DNA of 44,628 nucleotides, taken from Bacteroidales bacterium. GTDB taxonomy: Bacteria; Bacteroidota; Bacteroidia; Bacteroidales; FEN-979. The stretch lies in assembly GCA_049520195.1 (NCBI GenBank), contig JBEKQA010000002.1, forward strand, positions 1-44,628, read 5' to 3'. This document shows, piece by piece, positions 18,527-28,442 of the stretch; position 1 is the stretch's first letter, and each line of letters starts with the position of its first letter. The notes under the pieces are model-generated. The model searched no databases, was not told where the DNA came from, and worked only from the letters and a program-made list of their open reading frames with translations. The position numbers and the translations under genes are program-made.

Positions 18527-19417
18527 ATGACCCATAAAGCGGGATTTGTTTCGATTATTGGTAGTCCTAACGTCGGGAAATCTACACTGATGAATGTCCT
18601 GGTGGGAGAGAGGCTGTCAATTATTACTCATAAAGCCCAGACCACACGGCACAGAATAATGGGTATATTCAGCGGTGAAGACTTCCAGATTGTTTATTCT
18701 GATACCCCGGGCATCCTTAAACCCCATTACCTTTTACATAAGTCAATGATCTCTGCCATTTATTCTTCAATTGCAGATGCCGATATCATTCTTCTTGTCA
18801 CCGAAATCGGCGAAAAGTTTGCACATGAAGATGTTCTTCAGAAAATAAAGGAGGAAAAAAAGCCAGTCATCGTTATCATAAATAAAATTGACCTGGCCGA
18901 CCAGCCAAAAGTAGAAGCAACCATAGAAGAGTGGAAGCTTAAACTTAGCCAAGCGGATATCATCGCAATCTCTGCACTACACTGTTTCCAGACGGCAATG
19001 GTTTTTGATACTATCATCAAGCATCTGCCCGAATCACCTGAATATTTCCCGAAAGAAGAAATTACCGACCGCTCTCAGCGCTTTTTCGTTTCAGAGATAA
19101 TCCGCGAGAAGATCCTGCTGAACTTTTCACAGGAAATTCCTTATAGTGTTGAGGTTGTAGTTGATTCTTTTAAAGAAGAAGAGAGACTGACCCGGATCTC
19201 GGCTTACCTTTTTGTTGCCCGTGAATCTCAGAAAGCGATAATTCTCGGACACCAGGGCAAGGCGATCAAGAAGCTTGGAACTGAAGCCAGAAAAGATATC
19301 GAGGATTTTCTTGAGAAGCATATCTTCCTGGAGTTGAATGTCAAGGTTAGAAAAGACTGGCGCGATGACGTTAAAGAATTAAAAAGGTTTGGATATAGTC
19401 TGGATGAAAATCATTAA
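18527..19417 (+). CDS. era: GTPase Era
   Basis: G1 [10 protein letters not shown]3 DTPG, G4 NKID, and a C-terminal KH-like region. Start moved to Met14 ([12 protein letters not shown]). Confidence 0.9.
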   Translation: MTHKAGFVSIIGSPNVGKSTLMNVLVGERLSIITHKAQTTRHRIMGIFSGEDFQIVYSDTPGILKPHYLLHKSMISAIYSSIADADIILLVTEIGEKFAHEDVLQKIKEEKKPVIVIINKIDLADQPKVEATIEEWKLKLSQADIIAISALHCFQTAMVFDTIIKHLPESPEYFPKEEITDRSQRFFVSEIIREKILLNFSQEIPYSVEVVVDSFKEEERLTRISAYLFVARESQKAIILGHQGKAIKKLGTEARKDIEDFLEKHIFLELNVKVRKDWRDDVKELKRFGYSLDENH

Positions 19418-19431
19418 CGGAAAGACCTCTT

Positions 19432-20757
19432 ATGAGTAATATTGTTGCTATAGTCGGACGACCTAATGTGGGGAAATCTACTTTTTTTAACAGATTGACA
19501 GGTGGGCGCAATGCAATTGTGGACCCTACAAGCGGGGTTACACGCGACCGGCATTACGGGAAATCGGATTGGAACGGTGTTGAATTTTCTGTGATCGATA
19601 CCGGTGGTTACGTCGATAATTCAGATGATGTCTTCGAAGGAGAGATAAAAAAGCAGGTCATGTTGGCCATAGAGGAATCTGATGTAATTCTCTTTATGGT
19701 CGATATAAAAGAAGGTGTTACGGGGATGGATGAAGATCTCTGCGTGATGCTAAGAAGGGCTAAAAAGCCGGTTTATCTAATTGCCAATAAAGCAGATAAC
19801 TACAAATTACTCGATGACATTCATGAATTTTATAAATTGGGCTTTGATAAACTTTTTGGCATCTCGGCTATGAGTGGAAGTGGTACCGGGGAATTACTCG
19901 ATGAAGTAGTAAAAGAATTACCCGATAAATATATTCCGGGAGAGGTATTGGAAAACGTTGAAGAATCCCCACTTCCAAAAATCGCCATTGTAGGCCGTCC
20001 CAATGCAGGGAAATCATCTTTGATAAATTTGCTCCTTGGGACCGATCGTACCATCGTAACGCCGGAACCAGGAACCACTCGTGATTCCACTCATTCTCAC
20101 TACAAATATTTTGATCTTGAATTTCAACTGATCGATACTGCCGGGATAAGGAAGAAATCAAAAGTATCCGAGAATATTGAGTTTTATTCTGTCATGCGTG
20201 CTATCCGGTCAATCGAATCCAGTGATGTCTGCATATTAATGGTCGATGCGGAAAGAGGATTTGAAGCCCAGGATCTGAATATTTTTTCATTGATCGAAAA
20301 GAATCATAAAGGGGTTGTGATCCTTGTCAATAAATGGGATTTGATTGAAAAGCAAACCAATACCCATAAGGATTTTGAAGAAGACATCAGGAACAAAATG
20401 GCACCATTTACAGATGTTCCGATTATATTTACCTCTGTCCTGACCAAACAAAGGGTTTACAAAGCGGTAGAAACTGCTGTTGACGTCTTTCGCAATCGTT
20501 CCAGGAAAATTACTACCTCTCAGCTAAATGATTTCTTTCTCCCACTGATCGGTGAAATGCCACCACCAGCCTGGAAAGGAAAATTCGTCAGGATCAAATT
20601 CGTCACCCAACTTCCCGGGCGCTATCCTGCCTTTGCCTTTTTCTGCAATTTGCCCCAATATATCAGGGAATCATATAAGAGATTTCTAGAGAATAAGTTA
20701 CGAGAAAAGTTTAATTTCACTGGTGTTCCGGTTGAAATGTACTTCAGGCAGAAATAA
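19432..20757 (+). CDS. der: ribosome-biogenesis GTPase Der (EngA), two tandem GTPase domains
   Basis: Two G1 motifs ([18 protein letters not shown]), two DTGG/DTAG and NKAD/NKWD motifs, and a KH-like C-terminus. Confidence 0.92.
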   Translation: MSNIVAIVGRPNVGKSTFFNRLTGGRNAIVDPTSGVTRDRHYGKSDWNGVEFSVIDTGGYVDNSDDVFEGEIKKQVMLAIEESDVILFMVDIKEGVTGMDEDLCVMLRRAKKPVYLIANKADNYKLLDDIHEFYKLGFDKLFGISAMSGSGTGELLDEVVKELPDKYIPGEVLENVEESPLPKIAIVGRPNAGKSSLINLLLGTDRTIVTPEPGTTRDSTHSHYKYFDLEFQLIDTAGIRKKSKVSENIEFYSVMRAIRSIESSDVCILMVDAERGFEAQDLNIFSLIEKNHKGVVILVNKWDLIEKQTNTHKDFEEDIRNKMAPFTDVPIIFTSVLTKQRVYKAVETAVDVFRNRSRKITTSQLNDFFLPLIGEMPPPAWKGKFVRIKFVTQLPGRYPAFAFFCNLPQYIRESYKRFLENKLREKFNFTGVPVEMYFRQK

Positions 20758-20760
20758 ATT

Positions 20761-21147
20761 ATGGAAGCTGGCGTTCGGATAGATAAATGGTTGTGGTGCA
20801 TAAGGGTTTTTAAAACCCGGAATCTGGCCACACAATCTTGCCGGTCAGGAAGGGTAAGGATCAGCGATCAACCTGTCAAGCCTTCAAGAGAAGTTAAACC
20901 TGGTGAGATCATTACAATAAATCTGGATTCCTTGAAGCGATCGGTAAAAGTTCTAGAGGTATTAGAAAACAGGGTAAGCGCCAGATTTGTGGAAAAATAT
21001 GCTGAGGACATGACCCCACCGGAAGAATATGAAAAGCTGAAGATGCGCAAAGATGGAACTTTTGGTTACCGTAACAGTGGCCTGGGCAGACCAACAAAAA
21101 AAGAACGAAGAGAAATTGAGATCCTGAAGAAATACCTTGGAGCATAA
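20761..21147 (+). CDS. S4-domain RNA-binding protein (Hsp15/HslR-like)
   Basis: RIDKWLWCIRVFKTRNLATQSCRSGRVRISDQPVKPS matches the S4 domain pattern. Confidence 0.75.
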   Translation: MEAGVRIDKWLWCIRVFKTRNLATQSCRSGRVRISDQPVKPSREVKPGEIITINLDSLKRSVKVLEVLENRVSARFVEKYAEDMTPPEEYEKLKMRKDGTFGYRNSGLGRPTKKERREIEILKKYLGA

Positions 21148-21164
21148 TATTTTTTTCTCTGTCA

Positions 21165-21944
21165 ATGAAGATACAAAGAAAGAAATTTCCCGATTTGAAT
21201 GATCTGGCGTTTTCCGGAAGGAACCGGGACTATGGCTCTTTTATCCTTCGTAAGAAATATCCCCGATCACTGCTTATCTCATTTATCCTTTCAATAGTTT
21301 CATTGCTCTTAATGACACTAATCCCATTCTTTGTTTACTATTTTCGTGGACCTGATTTGGATCTCAGCGCAGATGAATTGTTCTCAGTAGAATATACTTT
21401 TATCCCCTCCCCGGACGATGACCTGAGTTCTCTGGCAAAGTCACTTGCCAGACCTCAAGCACCTCCTGAAGAGGAAGTTCCGGAAGTCGTGGATTCAACT
21501 CCACCGGTACAAAAGGCCCCCGAAGAGGTGAAACAAGTAGAAAATACGGATATTAAAACCGATAGCTCCGGGACCTCTAAGGGGAATTCATCAGAGGGAA
21601 CAGGCTCTTCAGACGCAACAGGGATTTATACGACTTTGGATGTATATCCAAGATTCCCGGGGGGTACTCAGGCATTCCTTAACTTCCTACGGACTAATAT
21701 CAGGTACCCTTCAACTTCATTAAAATCCGGAATTCAGGGCGAAGTGATGGTGTTATTTATGGTTGAAGCAGATGGTTTAATAACAAATGTTTCTGTTAAC
21801 AAGGGCATTGGAAAAGAATGCGATGAAGAAGCAGCCCGGGTTATTAAAAGTATGCCTAGATGGGAACCGGGTAGAAGGTATGGGAAATGTGTCAGGGTGC
21901 TGGTGAGAATGCCAATCGTTTTCAGAATACCCGGAAGGAAATAA
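21165..21944 (+). CDS. energy transducer TonB-family protein
   Basis: N-terminal TM helix, Pro/Glu-rich linker (PQAPPEEEVPEVVDSTPPVQKAPEE), and a TonB_C-like end (YPRFPGG...GEVMVLFMVEADGLITNVSV...RMPIVF). Confidence 0.85.
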   Translation: MKIQRKKFPDLNDLAFSGRNRDYGSFILRKKYPRSLLISFILSIVSLLLMTLIPFFVYYFRGPDLDLSADELFSVEYTFIPSPDDDLSSLAKSLARPQAPPEEEVPEVVDSTPPVQKAPEEVKQVENTDIKTDSSGTSKGNSSEGTGSSDATGIYTTLDVYPRFPGGTQAFLNFLRTNIRYPSTSLKSGIQGEVMVLFMVEADGLITNVSVNKGIGKECDEEAARVIKSMPRWEPGRRYGKCVRVLVRMPIVFRIPGRK

Positions 21945-21970
21945 AAAAGGGGCTTAAGGCCCCTTTTTTA
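21943..21970. terminator. bidirectional rho-independent terminator between convergent genes
   Basis: AAAAAAGGGGCTTAAGGCCCCTTTTTTA: a GC stem flanked by an A-run and a T-run. Confidence 0.8.
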
Positions 21971-21990
21971 TTTATCAGGAATTAACCTGG

Positions 21991-22221
21991 TTATTTCTTT
22001 TCAGGAGCTTTTGTGTCTTTATTGTCAGCACCTTTTTTTGCGCAGCATCCTGCTTTCTGATCTTTAGTACAGGTCTTGGAGCAATTTTTCCCATCCTTCT
22101 TCATAGTCGTTTCTGACTTTGCAGGAGCGGCTTTTCCTTTATCCTGAGTTTGCGGTGTCTGGGCAAATATCAGACTTGCAAATAGTATGCATGTTGAAAA
22201 TAAAACAGCAACCTTTTTCAT
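21991..22221 (-). CDS. small secreted Lys/Cys-rich protein (76 aa from MKKVAVLF)
   Basis: Signal peptide MKKVAVLFSTCILFASLIFAQ. The mature part contains NCSKTCTKDQKAGCCAKKG. No family recognised. Confidence 0.55.
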   Translation of the reverse strand: MKKVAVLFSTCILFASLIFAQTPQTQDKGKAAPAKSETTMKKDGKNCSKTCTKDQKAGCCAKKGADNKDTKAPEKK

Positions 22222-22365
22222 ATTAATATGGTTTAAGTTAAAGTTATTTGAGTTAACGGCACAAAAGTACAGTTTTTTTATCAATGATCGGAAAGTAAAC
22301 CGTTAAAAATAGGTTAATATTTCATTTGTTACATATATTTCTTTTGAACTTAAACTCATAGTCAA

Positions 22366-22818
22366 TCATTCCCTGTTCTTTGAATCAATAATGATAGTTA
22401 CAGGACCGTCATTAAGGAGAGTGATTTTCATCATGGCCCCAAAAATTCCTGAAGGAACATGTTTCCCGAGACCCTTTTCCAGGTGCTTAAGGAATTCTTC
22501 ATAAACTGGGATGGCCTTCTCAGGTTTTGCTGCGTGTATGTAAGAAGGCCGGTTCCCTTTCCGGGTGCTGGCATGAAGTGTGAATTGACTGACTACCAGG
22601 AGGTCGCCACCAACATCGATGATCGACCTGTTCATTATGCCTTGCTGATCATCAAAAACCCTCAGATTGATGATCTTTCCGGATAACCATTCTACATCTT
22701 CAGTCGTATCTTCATCAACAATTCCTATCAGAACGAGCAATCCTGATCCGATCTTGCCTGTGATCATTCCATCTACTTCAACTTGCGCATTCGTAACCCT
22801 TTGAATAACTACCCGCAT
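22366..22818 (-). CDS. dtd: D-aminoacyl-tRNA deacylase
   Basis: MRVVIQRV... start, SQFTL motif and an end like GPVTIIIDS. Start moved to Met9 of the tracked ORF. Confidence 0.9.
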   Translation of the reverse strand: MRVVIQRVTNAQVEVDGMITGKIGSGLLVLIGIVDEDTTEDVEWLSGKIINLRVFDDQQGIMNRSIIDVGGDLLVVSQFTLHASTRKGNRPSYIHAAKPEKAIPVYEEFLKHLEKGLGKHVPSGIFGAMMKITLLNDGPVTIIIDSKNRE

Positions 22819-22964
22819 CTTTCTGAATATTTTGTATCTCAAAGGTAAGTAGTTTTGAAAAACCTGCTCATCAGAACTGATTTCTATATCTTATATCTTG
22901 CCGTCCAACTTGATTGGGCCTTCAACTTATAAACTATTATTGTAGTTTTGCAGAAAATTGATTC

Positions 22965-23678
22965 ATGACAAAGCTAAGCGTCAACATTAATAAAATTGCG
23001 ACTCTCCGCAATGCACGGGGAGGGAATCTGCCGGATGTTGTTAAAGTTGCTTTGGACTGTGAACGTTTTGGTGCAGAGGGTATTACTGTTCATCCCCGCC
23101 CGGACGAACGACATATCCGATATAAAGATGTTTATGATCTGAAACCATTACTCCAAACCGAATTCAATATAGAAGGCTATCCCTCTGAGAATTTTATTGA
23201 CCTTGTAACCAAAGTCAAACCGGCCCAGGTCACGCTGGTTCCGGATCCTCCCGGGGTTCTTACCTCAAATGCAGGCTGGGATACATTGAAAAATAAGGAA
23301 TTCCTGAAGGAGATAATTAAGGAGTTCAGAAGAAACAAGATCCGGACTTCAATTTTTGTTGATGCCGACCTTGAAATGATTGAACATGCTGCTGATACAG
23401 GAGCCGACCGCATCGAACTCTATACCGAGTCGTATGCTAAGAATTATCCTGCTGAACCTTCAATAGCAATTACTTCCTTTATCTCAGGCGCTATATTGGC
23501 TGGTAAACTCGGATTGGGTCTTAATGCAGGTCATGACCTGAATCTTGAGAACCTGCGCTATTTTTATCAGAATATTCCGGGCTTACTGGAGGTTTCTATA
23601 GGCCATGCGCTGATTTGCAATGCTTTGTATCTTGGCCTTGAAAATACAATCCAGCTTTATTCACGTCAACTTAAGTAA
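22965..23678 (+). CDS. pdxJ: pyridoxine 5'-phosphate synthase
   Basis: [29 protein letters not shown] and NAGHDLN are PdxJ hallmarks. Confidence 0.92.
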   Translation: MTKLSVNINKIATLRNARGGNLPDVVKVALDCERFGAEGITVHPRPDERHIRYKDVYDLKPLLQTEFNIEGYPSENFIDLVTKVKPAQVTLVPDPPGVLTSNAGWDTLKNKEFLKEIIKEFRRNKIRTSIFVDADLEMIEHAADTGADRIELYTESYAKNYPAEPSIAITSFISGAILAGKLGLGLNAGHDLNLENLRYFYQNIPGLLEVSIGHALICNALYLGLENTIQLYSRQLK

Positions 23679-23710
23679 ACAGCGAAACAAGATAGAATGA
23701 CCTAAAGAAG

Positions 23711-24829
23711 ATGAAAAGATTTACTATCATACCACTCACTGCCTTACTGTTTTATGGTTTAATTTCTTTTGGTCAGAAGACAGCTTCTGACACTGAAAAA
23801 AGAGTAAAAAGGATTCACAGGAAAATACTTACAATAGATTCTCATGTAGATACTCCACAGCGCTTAATGGAGAATGGTTTTGATATTTCTAAACGACACG
23901 ATTCTTTATCAGATCATTCAAAACTTGATTTTCCAAGAATGAAAAAAGGAGGATTGGATGCCGCATTCTTTGCAGTCTTTGTTTCACAGGGAAAACGGAC
24001 GCCGGAAGGTAACTTTCAGGCAAAAAAGAGAGCAGACGATCTCTTCGATTCGATTTATGCTGTCCTTGAAAGATTTCCCGGAGAAGCGGGCCTGGCAATT
24101 TCGCCTTCTGATGCTTATAAATTGAAAAAACATGGCAAACGAGCTATCTTTATCGGGATGGAGAATGGCTATCCAATCGGGGACGATCTTTCTCTGATTC
24201 AGGCTTTCTATTCCAAAGGAGCGAGGTATATCACCTTATGTCATACACGCAACAATGACATTTGTGACTCTTCAACAGATACGATAGAGAACAATGGACT
24301 CAGCACATTTGGCAGAAGTGTCGTGATATTCATGAATCAGACTGGCATGATGATCGATGTTTCGCACATCTCAGACAAGTCTTTTTACGATGTCATTGAA
24401 TTATCAAAGGCACCGGTGATTGCATCACATTCCTGTGCCCGGGCTTTATGCGATAAACCCCGGAATATGGATGATGACATGCTTCGTGCTTTGGCAAAGA
24501 ATGGTGGAGTGATCCAGGTGTGTATCCTGGCGGCTTATGTAAAGAAAGACAACCCGGCTTCAGCTACAATCTCTGATGTGGCCGATCATATTGATCATAT
24601 CGTAAAGATTGCCGGTATAGATCATGTTGGCATAGGAACCGATTTTGATGGGGGAGGAGGCGTATTAGGCTGCTCAGACGTAAGCCAGATGAAGAACATT
24701 ACACTTGAACTGGTGAAACGGGGCTACTCAGATAGAGATATACGTAAGATTTGGGGAGGTAATCTGATGAGAGTCATGTCAAAAGTGAAAAGGATTGCAA
24801 TGAAAATAAATCCCCCGTGTCATTGTTAA
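23711..24829 (+). CDS. membrane dipeptidase (peptidase family M19), secreted or lipid-anchored
   Basis: Signal peptide, then IDSHVDTP, DVSH, ASHS and GTDFDGGGG motifs. Confidence 0.85.
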   Translation: MKRFTIIPLTALLFYGLISFGQKTASDTEKRVKRIHRKILTIDSHVDTPQRLMENGFDISKRHDSLSDHSKLDFPRMKKGGLDAAFFAVFVSQGKRTPEGNFQAKKRADDLFDSIYAVLERFPGEAGLAISPSDAYKLKKHGKRAIFIGMENGYPIGDDLSLIQAFYSKGARYITLCHTRNNDICDSSTDTIENNGLSTFGRSVVIFMNQTGMMIDVSHISDKSFYDVIELSKAPVIASHSCARALCDKPRNMDDDMLRALAKNGGVIQVCILAAYVKKDNPASATISDVADHIDHIVKIAGIDHVGIGTDFDGGGGVLGCSDVSQMKNITLELVKRGYSDRDIRKIWGGNLMRVMSKVKRIAMKINPPCHC

Positions 24830-24873
24830 TAGGTATTATTGCCGTTAAGGAAGTATAATTTTTATGGAGAGTC

Positions 24874-25812
24874 ATGACAACTGATTTTATAAAAGCCATT
24901 AAGAACCAAGATCTTAAGGCTGTACGCCATGCACCTAAAAGCGATCTTCACAATCATGCTATGATGGGAGGGAAGCTGAAGAGCATGGAGAAATTTTTAG
25001 GAAACAAACTGGAGAAATTTAAAAATGGAAGTCAGGGCGTAATGGGTATTAATTATTGGCTTGAAAATGTTTATCGTCCGCTTTTTAACATTCCGGGAGC
25101 CTTTAAAGCTGCGGTTGATGCTGCTTTTATACAGGCTAAGTCAGACGGTGTGTCAATTCTCGAAATGAGCGTAGATGCTTTTATGGCGAGGTTATTTAAC
25201 ATTAAACCGGAAGAGGTTGCCTCGACATTGACCGCATCACACAAGGCCATCGCTCCTGAGATAGATTTTCGTCCCGAGCTTGGATTCTCAAGGGCTCTCC
25301 CGCTCCGGACAATTCTTCCTTGCGTTGAACCCTTTCTGGAAATGAATTATTTTCGATCCATAGATATTTACGATATTGAAGATGCCCAGCCGGTTGAGAA
25401 TTTTAAAGAACTTTACAGGTTTGCCAAACATCAGGGGATTAAGTGCAAGGCCCATGCGGGTGAATTTGGCGATGCTGAATCTGTAAGAAAAGCCGTTGAA
25501 GTTCTTGGCCTTGATGAAGTTCAGCACGGAATTGGTGCAGCAGATTCGCCAGAGGTCATGAAATGGTTATCAGCCAATAGGATTTCGCTGAATGTTTGTC
25601 CTGCAAGCAATATCGCCCTTAAAAGAGTAAAATTGTATCAGGTCCATCCTATCCGTATCCTCTTTGATCATGGCGTGAATGTCACAGTCAATACTGATGA
25701 TGTGATGCTGTTCAATGTCGGGAACTCAGAACAATATTTAAAATTATACACTTCAAAACTATTCAGCGCTGAGGAATTGGATACAATTCGCAAAAACGGA
25801 CTCGGGAACTAA
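24874..25812 (+). CDS. adenosine deaminase-family amidohydrolase
   Basis: DLHNH metal motif, KAHAGEFG, and VNTDD near the C-terminus. Confidence 0.8.
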   Translation: MTTDFIKAIKNQDLKAVRHAPKSDLHNHAMMGGKLKSMEKFLGNKLEKFKNGSQGVMGINYWLENVYRPLFNIPGAFKAAVDAAFIQAKSDGVSILEMSVDAFMARLFNIKPEEVASTLTASHKAIAPEIDFRPELGFSRALPLRTILPCVEPFLEMNYFRSIDIYDIEDAQPVENFKELYRFAKHQGIKCKAHAGEFGDAESVRKAVEVLGLDEVQHGIGAADSPEVMKWLSANRISLNVCPASNIALKRVKLYQVHPIRILFDHGVNVTVNTDDVMLFNVGNSEQYLKLYTSKLFSAEELDTIRKNGLGN

Positions 25813-25820
25813 AAAGGTTA

Positions 25821-26309
25821 TCAAAACCTTTTGACATAGATTATTCTCCCGTCACCCGGCTTGTAATAATCGTCAATCACAGCATCCTTGCTATAACCAT
25901 TCTTTTCGTAGAATAACCGGGTCGGTAAATACTTTTCGAGGGTCGAAGTCTCAGCAATAATATAACGAGCTCCTTTATCCTTCACTTTGTTGTGAGTTTC
26001 TGCAAGAAGCTGTTTTCCAATTCCTGTTCCGCGCATCGTATTATGTGTTGCGATCCAGTAAAGATCGTATCCCGCATCTGTTCCGGCAATATGTCCATAG
26101 CAACTATAAGCAACTGTTTTACCGTCAACTTCTGCAAAAATGAATTGATAGGAACTCTTATCACCTTCCATAACGGAATCCTCAACCAATTCGACTGCTA
26201 CAGGCACTTCAAAATCATAGAAAAATCCCGTAGAAATAACTATTTCCCTGACGTTCTCAATATCCTCATAAGTCGGGGTTGTCCTGAATTTAATCCTGTT
26301 TAATTCCAT
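25821..26309 (-). CDS. GNAT-family N-acetyltransferase
   Basis: Acetyl-CoA-binding motif A, MRGTGIGKQLL. Size is typical for the family (162 aa). Confidence 0.85.
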   Translation of the reverse strand: MELNRIKFRTTPTYEDIENVREIVISTGFFYDFEVPVAVELVEDSVMEGDKSSYQFIFAEVDGKTVAYSCYGHIAGTDAGYDLYWIATHNTMRGTGIGKQLLAETHNKVKDKGARYIIAETSTLEKYLPTRLFYEKNGYSKDAVIDDYYKPGDGRIIYVKRF

Positions 26310-26337
26310 TTTGCTTAAAACTTAGAATGCAAATGTA

Positions 26338-27318
26338 CTAAGGTTTCATGGCTTCTTCAACGATCATTCGGATCACATCGACAAATTTATAACCCGCCTT
26401 TTGTGTTGCTGCGATGAAGCCTCCCGATTCTGAAATGCAGGGATTCAGGTTAAGATCAATCACCATAGGAACCCGGTCGGCAGCCATTCTGAAATCAATC
26501 CTGACATATCCTTTGAACCCAAAGCTATTCCAGCATTTCTTACATATTCTTTCAATTTCTTCCTTGATATCTTTATCTTTTGAATCTAATTTAAAAGTCC
26601 GTCGTGTGTGTGTGTACTCGAAGGAATCTTCTTTCCATTTTGCAGTATAGCCCATGATTCTTGGTTTTCCTTCCGGATAATCCACGAAGGTCATCTCCGC
26701 AATGGGAAGTACCAATGGCCCTTCTTTAGTTCCGATAATTGAAACGTTGAATTCCCGTCCCTCAATAAACTCTTCTATAAAATAGTAATGCTTGTCTTTC
26801 TTTGCTATTTTTTTTATGAATTCCTTATCTGAACTGTCAAAGACACTGTCCTCATCGAGCCCTAAAGAACCCTCTTCCCAGGTTGGTTTAAGGATATATT
26901 TCTTTCCTTTCTTTAACTTGGTTATCTGATCCATAGTAAACCAGGGCGGTGTCTTGATACCTAACCTGGTAATTTGTTGCTTGGCGATAACTTTATTTGC
27001 AGCAAAAAATAGCGGAATTAAGGGATTCCCGGAGAAAGGGACATTAAGATGCATAAGAATTGCGGCAGGCATATATGCAAATTCGCCTTTATTGTCAAGG
27101 GTCTCTGCAAGATTGAAAACAAAGTCGGGATTGATATTCTGAATTTCCTTGATGGCCTTATGAAGATTAAGATTCATCTGGTACTCTTTGACTTTGTATT
27201 TAAGCTGTATTAAAGCTTTTGAAACGATCCTGACCTGATCAAGAACATCCAACTCATCATCTTTTGGATGGGCCGATATTTTATTATACAGGATTAATGC
27301 AATCTTGCTCATAAGCAT
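26338..27318 (-). CDS. ATP-grasp ligase, D-Ala-D-Ala ligase-like (copy 2)
   Basis: About 325 aa with Ddl-like architecture: a pre-ATP-grasp N-domain; KPTWEEGSLGL; EEFIEGREFNVSI; RIDFRM...VIDLNLNP. The start could be Met3 (27312). Confidence 0.8.
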   Translation of the reverse strand: MLMSKIALILYNKISAHPKDDELDVLDQVRIVSKALIQLKYKVKEYQMNLNLHKAIKEIQNINPDFVFNLAETLDNKGEFAYMPAAILMHLNVPFSGNPLIPLFFAANKVIAKQQITRLGIKTPPWFTMDQITKLKKGKKYILKPTWEEGSLGLDEDSVFDSSDKEFIKKIAKKDKHYYFIEEFIEGREFNVSIIGTKEGPLVLPIAEMTFVDYPEGKPRIMGYTAKWKEDSFEYTHTRRTFKLDSKDKDIKEEIERICKKCWNSFGFKGYVRIDFRMAADRVPMVIDLNLNPCISESGGFIAATQKAGYKFVDVIRMIVEEAMKP

Positions 27319-27455
27319 GAATTTTAAGATTGAATAGTGAAAGACCCGGTGGAGTTAATCTTACAAGTTTGAAGAATACAGCGAATATAATAAATACTCT
27401 CTGACTGCTGTAATTTTTTTAGCCTTCCTTTGCAAATTATTATTCACAGTCAGGC

Positions 27456-28439
27456 CTAACTTCTAAGATGTACTCTTTTTATTGCCGAATCAATAATCGT
27501 CTTAATAATGAAAGAATAATCGTAGCCGTTCATTCTGGCCAGGATCGGTAAATCGGAAGTAATATCATTTAATCCTGCCAATGGGTTTATCTCAATGAAG
27601 TTGGGTATCCCATTTGCATCTAGCCTGACATCTATCCGGCCTCCATCGCGGCATCCCAATGCTTTCCATGCCCTTAAGGCCATCTCACAGCAGGAACTCA
27701 TGATCTCCGGTTCAGGGAGTGCATAGTCTATGTATTGCTCGTAATTTGTTTTCAGATCGTACGAATAGACACTTTCCTGAGCATTGCTTCTGAACAAGAC
27801 TTCCATTGCCCCCACTGAGAAACTTTCTTCTCCCGTACCCAAAACACCGACGGTGAATTCTCTTCCAGGAAGATAGGTCTCAACAATAAGCGGAAAGATA
27901 TTTTCTTTCCATCTATCTGCACATGTGGCTTTTAGATCTTCAAGGTTATTGACTTTTGAATTATATCCGATCCCCTTGCCGGAACCTTCAGCATTTGGCT
28001 TGATGAAAAGCGGATACGGAAGGCCGATCTTTTTAATATCATTTGCAGACTCAAGAACGATAAAATCGGGAGTGGGAATACCGCAATCACGGATTACATG
28101 TTTCGTCATCCCTTTGTGGAGAGTCAGAGCCAAGACGAGAGGATCGGAAAACGTATAGGGAATTGAGTATGCATCAAGGATTGCAGGAACCTGTGCTTCG
28201 CGGCCGATACCGTAGAGCCCTTCACTGATATTGAACACAAGATCCCAATGTTTGCCTTCAACAAGGCTTTTAGTCAGGTTCAATATATGCCCGATACGCT
28301 CGGTAGAATGCCCGAGGAAATGTAATTCTCGCTCAATGGCTTCTACTGTACTTTCTTTATCAAATTCTGCTGTTTCTTCTTCTGAAAACCCTTCTTTCAG
28401 ATAATCTGATCGAAGATCATAGGTGAGGCCGATTCGCAT
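27456..28439 (-). CDS. ATP-grasp ligase, D-Ala-D-Ala ligase-like (copy 1)
   Basis: FIKPNAEGSGKGI, VETYLPGREFTVGVLG and RIDVRLDANGIPNFIEINPLAG. The start lies 3 nt after the kamA-like stop. Confidence 0.85.
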   Translation of the reverse strand: MRIGLTYDLRSDYLKEGFSEEETAEFDKESTVEAIERELHFLGHSTERIGHILNLTKSLVEGKHWDLVFNISEGLYGIGREAQVPAILDAYSIPYTFSDPLVLALTLHKGMTKHVIRDCGIPTPDFIVLESANDIKKIGLPYPLFIKPNAEGSGKGIGYNSKVNNLEDLKATCADRWKENIFPLIVETYLPGREFTVGVLGTGEESFSVGAMEVLFRSNAQESVYSYDLKTNYEQYIDYALPEPEIMSSCCEMALRAWKALGCRDGGRIDVRLDANGIPNFIEINPLAGLNDITSDLPILARMNGYDYSFIIKTIIDSAIKRVHLRS

Positions 28440-28442
28440 AGA

